DNA from: a bacterium
GTDB lineage: Bacteria > SZUA-182 > DTGQ01 > JAFGSM01
Reading direction: 5' to 3'
Assembly (NCBI GenBank): GCA_016934595.1
Contig: JAFGSM010000151.1
Span: 1-59,686 of the forward strand
Length of the DNA stretch: 59,686 nucleotides
In this document: in pieces, positions 27,768 to 38,200 of the stretch
How the letters are laid out: every line of letters starts with the position of its first letter
How positions within the stretch are numbered: position 1 is the stretch's first letter
Program-made: the position numbers and the translations under genes
Notes under the pieces: model-generated
Told to the model about the DNA's origin: nothing
The model's input: only the letters and a program-made list of their open reading frames with translations
The model's database searches: none

Positions 27768-30700
27768 TTGGGAAAGAAAGGCATTATCTGGTTGACATTC
27801 TCCATTTACCTGGGGTTGTTGCTTCTTGCACCGATAGAGGTGACTGCTGTCGACGGGGGATCAGGGGACCCTGAAGGCGCCCATAACCAGATACTCCCCG
27901 GGCTTAAAGACGCTTTATGCAAAAGGTGCCACTTCGTCAAAAGCGGCAATGCGCCTAAGATATGGAAGGATGTCCCCCTTGGCGCGGAGACAATAAAGGA
28001 TACAAAAGGGGTGAGAACCATTTGCCAGAGTTGTCATTACCCAGGAAATGCAGTGAACGCCATTTCAGGTTTTTCCCTCGGGGTCCATCCCACAGGGGGT
28101 CATGAATACAGTTACTCAAATGTCTTTTTAGACAAGACCAATTCAGGGCAAGGGGAAGATCATGTTATGCATGACTGGGCAGACATTGATCCGGTCACAG
28201 GAAGGCTTCCTGAGGGACTCAACCCTGCATTTCCAACAAAAAAGGCTGACAAATGGGGCTACCCCAGACAGAAAGGAGACACTGAAAACAAGGGTTTTTA
28301 CTGTATTTCCTGCCATGATCCTCACAAACAGCCTGAAGAAAAGACCGATGGCACTGGCGATTATCTGAGATTAAAAGAAGGCGGCAATTTAGGCGCTTCA
28401 GGTGACAGGACAATATTTTGCCTGCAATGCCATCAGAACATACCGGAAAAACCTCAGCATGGTGTAAAACTGGGTTGTCAGAGGTGCCATCACCCCCATG
28501 ATTCGATTATCAGGATAGAGGATGATCCAATCCTCGGTCAATGGATACTGCTGGTTCCCATAAGAAAGACCAATTTCAGGGCTCTTCCAAATGTCCCATC
28601 CTTTGGCAGTCAGGAGAACGAAATTGATCTGGATATGTCTTCAACCTGTTATGGGTGCCACAATCCGAGCAGGCCTGCCGATTTTTCAAAATTAGGCGCC
28701 GCCATTATTTTTGGGGATGACACCGATACTCCTAAGGAGCACCATCCAATGGGCAGCCAGGCAATGATAAAGGGGATGATCCATGCGGATGAAGTGATGT
28801 TCCCAAGCCCGGAAGGTCAACTCACCTGTATCTCCTGCCATGATGGATTTCATGAAGGCAAAAACCCTTATTTTTTGCGGCAGGATTTTACTGAAGATGC
28901 GGCAGGGTTTTGCTCCGTATGTCATAATGAAAAGACGTCGGAAGATCTTGGTCCTGCCAAAGGCCAAGGTCATCGCCAGATTTTCGGGAAAAGCCCTAAT
29001 GGGAGAGGGGACTGTATGTTTTGCCATTTTATTCATGATGGAAGGGATTGCGGCACAGAATCAACCCCTGCCATAGAGGCTCTGATCAGGGTCCAGCCCA
29101 TGAATCTGGCGTGGGCCAAAAAGGGAGATATTCAAAGCACAGAGGACTATGAAGATATATGCTATGGATGTCATGGAGACATAATATATATGAAAGGCTC
29201 AGGGTATGAAGGCGCAATGCTCCAACCTGACAAGTTTGCCAGTCATCCGTTCTCCGGCGCCCCCCACCTCGTCAAACCAAGGGAGGGCTTCCTTATCTCT
29301 GACGGCCAAAGGTCCGAAACGATAAATGATTATGGGGTTCCTTCCGGAGAGATATTTTGCGGCTCTTGTCACAATGTCCACAAAGCGTCAAATAAGCCCT
29401 ATCTGAGGGTTGATGATTCTCCCTATCTTGGCCAGGGTTTTTGCGAAGGCTGTCATACAGAGTGTCCCGCAGAAGGACGCTCAAGCCATCCGGTTGGAAT
29501 GCCCCCTAATATGGATAAAACAGTGGCAAAGTTTCCTGACACCCTTTACGGCGGGGGAAGCGGAGACCCAAGAGGCATTACAAGAGGCAATGAACCTGAC
29601 GGTGAAACCCTGTGCCTTACATGCCACAATGTCCATGCTGCATCTACAGACCATCAGGGAAACCTGACTGATAAAACGGCCATTAGAAGCCAGAACGGAA
29701 AACACGGTCATTTGCTTTGCGCAGACAACTTCTCATCCGAGGATGGAAGCGATCTTTGCCGCTCATGCCATAAACCATTTGAAGGCATTTGCGGATCAAG
29801 ACATGACTTTTCAGGCATAGATCTGGGCGAGATCAGCTCCAAAGGGGTATGTTCTGCCTGCCATACCCCTCATAAGACAAAGGATAAGGTGCTGCTGTGG
29901 CCAAGGTCCCTTACGGAAGAAAGGGGCAAATTATCTCAGAAGGACAAGCCTGATTATGTGCCAGGTATAACCATTTTCTGCTACGATTGCCATGAAGACA
30001 TCTCTTCTCTCGACAACGATCCCCCTTCGAGCGCCTTTTTTAAACCACCCCAGGACATTGCATTTAGCGATGGCCCTGGGTCAAGCTCAATGGTGGGATA
30101 TTACGACACAATCCCCCCTGGAGATACTCAACCGCCATCGGACGGTTCGCCAACTGGCGGACATTATATCCAGACAGCCCATATCTCAAGGTTTAGACAT
30201 GGCATTGAGACAGGCGATAAACTGCCGTGCGATTTATGTCATAATCCGCATGGAGGAAACAACAATCAGGTCTTTCTCGTAAACCCTTTGGGTGTAAATA
30301 CAACAGACAATCTGGAAGCCAGCCGCCATACACGGAACGGCACAGGCACAGGCAGGGAAATCTGCGCATCCTGTCATGGTTACGCCGAAACGGATGCGTT
30401 GATCGGAATACCGTTGAAGATATATGATTTCACGATTGTCAGGACATCCGGCGGCAGGGCTGAACATAAAAAAAATAGCGGCGCACCATGCACAAACTGC
30501 CACAGGCACAACAGGATTGTGCCTGTTCAAAACCAGGCCCATCTGGTACACCTGATATCATCAAGAGTCTCAGAACAAGATGGTTCAAACCTCATACGCA
30601 CAAAAAGCATGGATGGCGCAAGCAGAGGTCTTGGGGTCGATAGCTGCTCTATATGTCATCTGCCTGAGCTGACATATGAAATCGGAGAGCTGAAATTCTC

Positions 30701-31841
30701 CGATGATCAGCCCCTCAACAGAACCAATGTCTGCCAGTCATGCCACAGCGAGGGAGGAAGTTATAACGGCGTATCGGATCCGTCAATCGGGGCAAAATTT
30801 AATTGGCGCTCATCCCCCTATAATTCAAATGGCACGCTTAAGCTCGGCAAAGAGAAATGGTGCGCGGGCTGCCACGATGAAAAACCTTCGACAATCTGGT
30901 GGCCCGGACTTGATCGAACAATCGTTGCCCCTAATATATGCGGGGAGAAAGAGTATACCGCCAGCCAGGACCAAGGTTATGGTTTTTACGAATCAGGGCA
31001 TGGACTTGCCCCCTATTTCAAGTACATGGATTCGGAAAGGCGCGGCGCAGGCCTTTTGTGCACGGACTGTCACGACCCTGACCTGCCTCATGTAATGTCC
31101 AAAAGATACGATGCAGAGGCAGGAAATTATCAATCAGGATACCGCCTCCGGTCAATTAACGGGAAGGAACCCATGATCATCCCCAGGCTGCGTGACGAAT
31201 ACTGGCCGGGAGATTTCAATCTCTGTTATTCCTGTCATCCTGAGAAATCAATCATAGGTCTAGGGTTTGGTTACCGTTCTTACACCACAAATCATAACCC
31301 CTTCTTCCTTGTGGACAATCCCGAAACCGGCTTTAAAAATATCGACCTTCAGGGATTGAACAGGCATAATACAACCCTGGGGCCGACCTTCGACTTTATC
31401 AACTATTATCCCAGCAACAGTCACTGGAACCATCTGGCGCTCCCCAATGCGCTTGTCACCCTTTCAGTCCCTACCGGAGGAGGCAGGACCCGTATCAGCA
31501 GTTGTATCGACAGTAAATGCCACAGCAAGATCGTATGGGATTCGGATCGCGATGGATTTCTTGACTCAAGGCCATCATGCACAACCTGTCACAACCCCCA
31601 CGGCACAAGATATCCGTCCATGACAAGGAATGATATAGCCATAACGCACGATCAACCTGGGCAGGACTGGCGGTACGGGTATATAAATAGCCGAAATTAC
31701 GGCCTGTTTGGCAATGAGGGAGAAGACCTCTATTGCGGAGAATGCCATGCAAAACTCATGAGATTTGGTGAAAGCAACTATAAATATTACAGGAACCCCT
31801 GGGTGGATGCCGATGAAATTGCCCCAAAGGCGCCAGAATAA
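27768..31841 (+). CDS. Giant multihaem c-type cytochrome (about 26 CxxCH plus one CX4CH), secreted
   Basis: 1357 aa. TTG start 6 nt after aggag. Signal peptide GIIWLTFSIYLGLLLLAPIEVTA. I count 26 CxxCH by hand. Aa ~28-673 is one copy of the 14-haem module that is triplicated in the next gene. The C-terminal half has 12 more CxxCH and a CIDSKCH. Many sites have the CxxCHxPH doubled-CXXCH style. Confidence 0.9.
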   Translation: MGKKGIIWLTFSIYLGLLLLAPIEVTAVDGGSGDPEGAHNQILPGLKDALCKRCHFVKSGNAPKIWKDVPLGAETIKDTKGVRTICQSCHYPGNAVNAISGFSLGVHPTGGHEYSYSNVFLDKTNSGQGEDHVMHDWADIDPVTGRLPEGLNPAFPTKKADKWGYPRQKGDTENKGFYCISCHDPHKQPEEKTDGTGDYLRLKEGGNLGASGDRTIFCLQCHQNIPEKPQHGVKLGCQRCHHPHDSIIRIEDDPILGQWILLVPIRKTNFRALPNVPSFGSQENEIDLDMSSTCYGCHNPSRPADFSKLGAAIIFGDDTDTPKEHHPMGSQAMIKGMIHADEVMFPSPEGQLTCISCHDGFHEGKNPYFLRQDFTEDAAGFCSVCHNEKTSEDLGPAKGQGHRQIFGKSPNGRGDCMFCHFIHDGRDCGTESTPAIEALIRVQPMNLAWAKKGDIQSTEDYEDICYGCHGDIIYMKGSGYEGAMLQPDKFASHPFSGAPHLVKPREGFLISDGQRSETINDYGVPSGEIFCGSCHNVHKASNKPYLRVDDSPYLGQGFCEGCHTECPAEGRSSHPVGMPPNMDKTVAKFPDTLYGGGSGDPRGITRGNEPDGETLCLTCHNVHAASTDHQGNLTDKTAIRSQNGKHGHLLCADNFSSEDGSDLCRSCHKPFEGICGSRHDFSGIDLGEISSKGVCSACHTPHKTKDKVLLWPRSLTEERGKLSQKDKPDYVPGITIFCYDCHEDISSLDNDPPSSAFFKPPQDIAFSDGPGSSSMVGYYDTIPPGDTQPPSDGSPTGGHYIQTAHISRFRHGIETGDKLPCDLCHNPHGGNNNQVFLVNPLGVNTTDNLEASRHTRNGTGTGREICASCHGYAETDALIGIPLKIYDFTIVRTSGGRAEHKKNSGAPCTNCHRHNRIVPVQNQAHLVHLISSRVSEQDGSNLIRTKSMDGASRGLGVDSCSICHLPELTYEIGELKFSDDQPLNRTNVCQSCHSEGGSYNGVSDPSIGAKFNWRSSPYNSNGTLKLGKEKWCAGCHDEKPSTIWWPGLDRTIVAPNICGEKEYTASQDQGYGFYESGHGLAPYFKYMDSERRGAGLLCTDCHDPDLPHVMSKRYDAEAGNYQSGYRLRSINGKEPMIIPRLRDEYWPGDFNLCYSCHPEKSIIGLGFGYRSYTTNHNPFFLVDNPETGFKNIDLQGLNRHNTTLGPTFDFINYYPSNSHWNHLALPNALVTLSVPTGGGRTRISSCIDSKCHSKIVWDSDRDGFLDSRPSCTTCHNPHGTRYPSMTRNDIAITHDQPGQDWRYGYINSRNYGLFGNEGEDLYCGECHAKLMRFGESNYKYYRNPWVDADEIAPKAPE

Positions 31842-32233
31842 TAAACCCTTTTCGGGAGAATCGAAATTGATTAAGATTGATCAGATTATAAACACAGGAA
31901 TGTATCGGCTATCAAAATCAGGACATTCCGGATATCATCGAAAAGCCCTTGATCAAGAAATGGCAAGCCATCTACCGGGTATGAAAACAAGATACTACAG
32001 GAACACCTTTTGCATATATCCTAAAGTTTACAGGGGACAAGTCTAAGTGATTTTGCAATTATTTGAATACTATGGATAGATGTGACAACAAAATCAGAAT
32101 TTTTAATAACTTAAGGTTAGTCATAACTTGAAATTGGCCTTGACAACTATTATGATTATAAGGTGTTTATATAGTTTGTTAAAACAATTCAGAATAGAAT
32201 CGTTATGTCCCTCTTTAAAAAAGCGTTTCTATT

Positions 32234-35200
32234 GTGGAATATTCAGGTAACATGTTTAAAAGACTTTTTTTGTATCACATATCCTCTGAAAACATCTTGG
32301 TGAAAAACTTTGCTTTTGCGCTGCTCATTATAATTATCTCCATTTTTGTAAGCAGTGCCTATGCCGATGTAAATGGACCTCACGGAGACCCTCGAATCAG
32401 AAGCCCAAAGGGGATCTGCGCCACATGTCACATACCCCACGAGGCAAAAGGGCGCAAGATATGGGCAATAAGCGGCAAAAATAACAGGGACCTTTACAAG
32501 GGAATACGCCAGCTATGTCAGACATGTCATGATGGCACCTTGTTTTACAGTGGATCCCCTCCCGGATCGGATGTGTCTGACCCAGGTTATGAAACAGCCG
32601 ATTATCCTCCTGCATCGTCGTACTCCGGAGAATTTGGCGTTGAAACCCAGGGTGAAGAAAAACTCAACATATATGCATCTACAGGCATATATGACGTATT
32701 CGGAGACATGAGCGCTTACGAAAGTCATGTGATGCATGGGGCCGTTGAGCTGGATCCCAAGAAAAGCCAAGTCCTTCTCGACGATATCGCAAGCGTTATT
32801 CCCGATGTCTTTCCGCTTGATCCAACGGATGAAGACATCTATCCGGAAGGCGCCCCCGAGAAATATAGATCCGGAGCGCCAGGTTTTTATTGCGGCACCT
32901 GTCATGATCCTCATAAACAGCCGGACGGGAAATACACAGGCGGGTTTTATCTGCGAACCAGGAAAGGCCACGATGTAGGCAGCCCATGGGTAAACAGGAA
33001 ACCTTTCTGTGTGCAGTGCCACGGGGTGATCCATGCGCCTGAATCCGACTGTTTGGCATGTCACCATCCCCACCTTGGCAAAACAATGATAAAGGACGAT
33101 GAGAAAGCAGGGAGATGGATACTTCGCAATCCTATTGTGCAACAAAATTTTTCAGCCAAACCCAATGTGCTGCAAATAAATGATGGCGATGGGCAAACCC
33201 CGTCGGCTCTTTGTTATGGCTGCCACATTGGCGAAAAGGATAACGGATGGATAGAAGCGGGAGCCGTGCCTATCTTCGGGGATGGAATATCAAATCCCAT
33301 TTACACCAATGATATCGGAGACAGCGGCAAGAGGCAACACCATCCTATGGGGAACCAGGCATGTCTTGATGACCCTTCAAAAGCGCCTAACGGTGTTTTT
33401 ATTCGCGCCCCAGGCTTAAATGATTTGCGAGGCAGCATCCCGGATATCCTCAACAAAAACAACGAGATTACATGCACATCATGCCACGACGGGATACATG
33501 GCTCAGGGCCATATAAAGACCAGCCGGGTGCCAAGGAAAAAAGCAAAAAGAACAACTTCCTGCGATGGGATTTCGAAAATGACAATCCTGGATTCTGCAC
33601 ACAATGTCATTCGAATATGGACAAAAAGGATGCTTTTTCCGCACAGAATCTGGATCACGATATTAAACATCATCAGACAAAAGACGAGGCATTTGCCCGC
33701 AATGTAACCAGGCGGACATTTGTATACGATCCAAATTCAGGGATTCAAGAAATAGAGACAGGATGTGGCAATTGCATGTTCTGCCACTTCATCCATGACG
33801 GGGAAGACAGGGGCGAGACGGCAACACCTTCTCTTGAGGCATTGATGAGGGTTCCCCCCGTCAACCTGCCATGGTCGGGAAACGATAGCGCTGAGGATTA
33901 CGAGGACCTTTGCTTTGGCTGCCACAATGGTGAATACAAGGGCAAAAAAAATATTGTGGGAGACCCTGAGACAGGCTCATGGCTAAAACCGGGCCTCTAT
34001 TTTTCACATACCTTTACAGGCGAGCCGAATATATCGATAGACCCCAATATCTTTCCGGTATCGGACGGGGATGCTATCGATGTTTTTGATGATTATGGCG
34101 TATTGGAAAGAAATATCTATTGCGGCACATGCCATGACGTACATTCAGGCAAAAACTGGCCTTATCTCAGGTCGAGCAAATCCCCATATGAGGCATATGG
34201 TTTTTGTGAGTCATGCCACGACCAGGACGATTTTGTGATGCGCAGCCACCCTGTCGACCGGGGACCTAACGATGATAAAAGCAAGGGATCCATGACCAAG
34301 GCCGCCTTCGATCCTGTCTTCTCGCAAGGCGGAAGCGGAAGACCTGGAGGTATTTTGTCTGAAGGAAAGGTCATCTGCCTTACCTGTCACAACACACATT
34401 CGGCGGTCACATCTAATGAAGAAACGGCGCATGGGACTCTCCTTGTCATGGACAATTTCCCTGCGGATTCTCCAAATACAAATGGCGACGAGATTTGCAT
34501 GGGATGCCACGATCAGGAGATATTTAAGGTCAATGGCCCCCATATCGACGAATTATCAGAAAAAAACTATAAGGGAATCTGTCACAACTGTCACACCCCC
34601 CATTATGCAAAAACCGGATCCAAGATATGGGCGCTTGAACTTAAAGGTGAATTCGGAGGTGTGCACGAGCTGTGTTATAGCTGTCATAATACATCAGCGT
34701 CATCAGGCATAGACAGCGTATTTTTGAAAAACAGATATGAAAACCATGTGATGTTTGGCGGGGCTGCCATAATAGCCGGAAACTGCCCCTATGCGCCCAA
34801 TCTGGAAAAGGATGTCGACACATCTTTCTTTCCGCTTGATCCCAACGATTATGACACCATACCGGACAAGGATGTCACATATTGCAGCCGGTCGTCTTTA
34901 AAATACCTTGATAGTCGAAACAACGAAGGCGCAGGATTTTATTGCGGCTCATGCCATAATCCCCATTTGCAGCCTGATGATCCAAACTCAAACGGGGACT
35001 ATCTAAGGTCCCGTGATCAAGATTCTATTGGCACACCAGGCAACAGAAAGGATTTCTGCAAACAGTGTCATGGCGTTTATCATTTTCCAAGCTCCGATTG
35101 TCTTTACTGTCATCACCCCCATAAAGGGAGAACTCTTATTGAAGAAAATGAATATGCAGGACGGAAGATCATCTCCTTATTTCCTTTGAAAGATATGATC

Positions 35201-38200
35201 CCGGAGGATTTTTATTTTTCTGCGCTGCCTAATGTGCCAAAGATAACAGAAGACCCCAATGACCCTGATCCGATCCCATCCAGATATTGTTATTTCTGCC
35301 ATAACTTTCAGATGGAACAAATTGCTGAAAGACCGATCCCTGTAATATATGGAGACGACGCCGGCGCGCTTGGAAAAGAACATCACCCGATGGGCGCTCA
35401 GGCAAGCCAGAATGACCCTAACAAATTCATAAGCGGCGATTTTATAAGGGCAAAAGGGATGACAAAGAGTATATATAGCTCTGCCAAACCCATTTTAAAT
35501 CTGAACAAAAAGGGTGAAATTACATGCACCACTTGCCATGATGACCTGCATGGCCCTGGTTTCTTCGAAGATCAACCGGATTCGGCAAGTAAAAGCGAGG
35601 CAAACAAATTCCTCCGCTGGGAACTGAATAATATAGATGGAGAGGACAAACCCAATTTCTGCATAGCCTGTCATGATGACAAAAATGTCTTCAATCTCTC
35701 CGAAGGCAAGCACCTCATTTCAAAGGGCGAGCACCCCGATGAGAGACTGAAAAGGGGCGGGTGCATGTTCTGCCATTTTATCCACGACGGAGAAGAAAGG
35801 CAACAAGAAGATCCAACAGCAGGTATCGCAATAAGGCCTGATGTGGATGCCCTCTTAAGGATCGGCCCTGTAAATCTATCATGGGGGGACCGGACAGGAA
35901 ACGAAAGCATCTATGATTATGAAGACCTGTGTTTTGGGTGCCATAGCTCGCAATCCATTGTCAAATACAAACCTTTAGAGCACGGATCGCTCCTTGATCC
36001 CAATCATTTCACCCATCCTTTTGCGATCTCCAGCAGACAGGACATAATCGGCGTTGGATTCCCAATATCGGATGGACAGGGCACGGCGGTTCTGGACGAC
36101 TATGGGACGCAGGCAGGCCAGATGTACTGCGGTACATGCCATGATATCCATGACAATAGCACCGCCCCTTATATCGGCAGTCATTCGTCACCCTATCAGC
36201 CCAATGGCTTATGCGAGGAATGCCATGATAAGGGCGGGCAATTTGTATCCTCCAGCCATCCCATAGGCGTTGGCCCAAATCCTGACCCTTCCCAGGGTGG
36301 CAGGACAGCGTCCGAATTTGTAGACACCTATAATGGCAAAGGTTATCTATTTTCACAGGGCGGAAGCGGAAGGCCGGGCGGCGTGACCTATCCATTCAAT
36401 ACACAACAGGAAAAATCCACTGACGGCGGGAAAGGCAAGGTCATCTGCCTTACATGCCATAATGTCCATGCAGCGGCCACGTCCTGGCAGGGGACGACCA
36501 AAACGGACACCGAAAACCAAAACCACGGAAAACTGTTGGTCAAAGACAATAATGCCTATCGGCCTTTACTTGCCCCTGGCAGCGAGCTTTGCAAGGCATG
36601 TCATCCATTCGGCGCAGAACAGTACGGATTCCCATCAGGAAAACATGGAGGGAGTTTTACGTGGGAGCAATCAGGCATATGCAGCGCATGCCATACGCCT
36701 CATTACTCCAAAGGACCTAAACTCTGGAGCCTGCCAGGCTATAATGCAGGCCCTTTTAAAGGAATCCGCCAGCTTTGCTTTATCTGCCACAATCCTGATC
36801 TAGTCATTGCCACGGCAGGGACAAAAACCGTATTTAAAGAGGCAAACCTGGGAGGACGGATACCTGATGATTACTATGAAGATCATGTAACAAGAAATTG
36901 GGCAAACATTGGCAATATAGAATTTTATGACCCTAATGTCTTCCCTCTCGATCCCAATGACCATGATGTAATACCCACAAAAAATCAGGTAGAGCCTGAT
37001 CCCCATGACGGTTTCTATTGCGGCTCGTGTCATAATGTCCACATACAGCAGGGATTTGACTATCTGAGGAGCAAGGACGGGAACACCGGACTACCCTCTT
37101 ATCGTAAAAATTTCTGTATAGAGTGCCATATAGATGCACATAATCAAGATACATCGGATGACTGTCTGAAATGCCATCATCCCCATATGGGGGCAACACG
37201 GATCGATGACGACCCCAACGGCCGCTGGATAACTAAAGTGCCTTTGGCCAGAGCAAGGGATTTTATGGCCCTGCCAAATGTGGATGGCTTTACCAGCCCG
37301 GATGTAAGCTCGACATGTTATAGCTGTCATGCCCCGTATCTGCAGGATCCTAATACACTGGGATGGAACGACCTTGGAGCGACGACTATATACGGAGATT
37401 TCATTGATACGAATTCAGATTCTCAAGCCAGGGCAAAGGCGTTTGGTTGGACACCAAGAGAACACCACCCGATGGGAAGACAGGCAAGATTTGGGCAATC
37501 CCTGAGGGCTCCGGGGGCGGACAGAAGCGTATTCAACATACATGGGGAATTGACCTGCACGTCATGCCATTATGAAAACCATAAGGGGGAGAGGGAAAAC
37601 AACTTCCTGAGATGGGACTTCGCAAATGACAACAGCCATTTCTGTATGAGGTGCCATACAAACAAGCAGGAGATCAATTTTGGCCCTCCGGGGTGGGGAC
37701 ATCATCAGACCAGGGAGAGCAGCCCTTTGGAAAGATATGTGAATGAGCGTTTTGAGATAGATGGAGAAGGTATTTATAAGGATACCAAAGTAAAATGCGG
37801 CAATTGCATGTTCTGCCATTTCATACATGATGGCAACGATCAGGGCGATGCAAGTAAACCCTCAATAGACTCGCTCATGAGGGTGCCGCCTGTCAATCTT
37901 ATGTGGGCGGATTCATGGCAGGATGAAGACACGCTTGACTATGAGGATCTGTGCTATGGATGCCACAGTCAACAAGATATTGTAGGCGGCGTTGGCGGAT
38001 TCGGGTCCCTGATTATATCCACTAAGGGCCTGTCGCCCGATGCTGCATCCGACCCGATTCTGGGACGCAGGTTCAGCCACCGTTTCCGTTCAGCTCCAAA
38101 TCCATCGAGCGCGACCATGATCAGGTTTTCATCAGGAGGTCCATTCCCTCTCTCTGACGGCAAAGGGGAAAATATACTTGATGATTATGGCGCTGCATCC

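Noticed and set aside
31765-32046. 93-aa ORF bridging the end of the first cytochrome gene and the intergenic region
   Set aside because: It starts inside the cytochrome gene in another frame and has no RBS or motifs. The hairpin ggaatgt...acattcc (~31898-31931) suggests this region is untranslated spacer.
32140-32173. Sigma-70 promoter for the 2611-aa cytochrome gene (TTGACA at 32140-32145)
   Set aside because: The candidate -10 hexamers lie 11 nt (tataag) or 22 nt (tatata) away, so the spacing is incompatible with a canonical 16-18-nt spacer. I also found no sigma-54 element there.
32513-33145. 210-aa minus-strand ORF inside the 2611-aa cytochrome gene (likewise 39566..40135, 36009..36395, 34211..34543, 30234..30551, 28692..29036)
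   Set aside because: They are antisense to a frame with dozens of regularly spaced CxxCH motifs, and have no independent motifs or RBS. The 39566..40135 ORF also spans the junction of two plus-strand genes.
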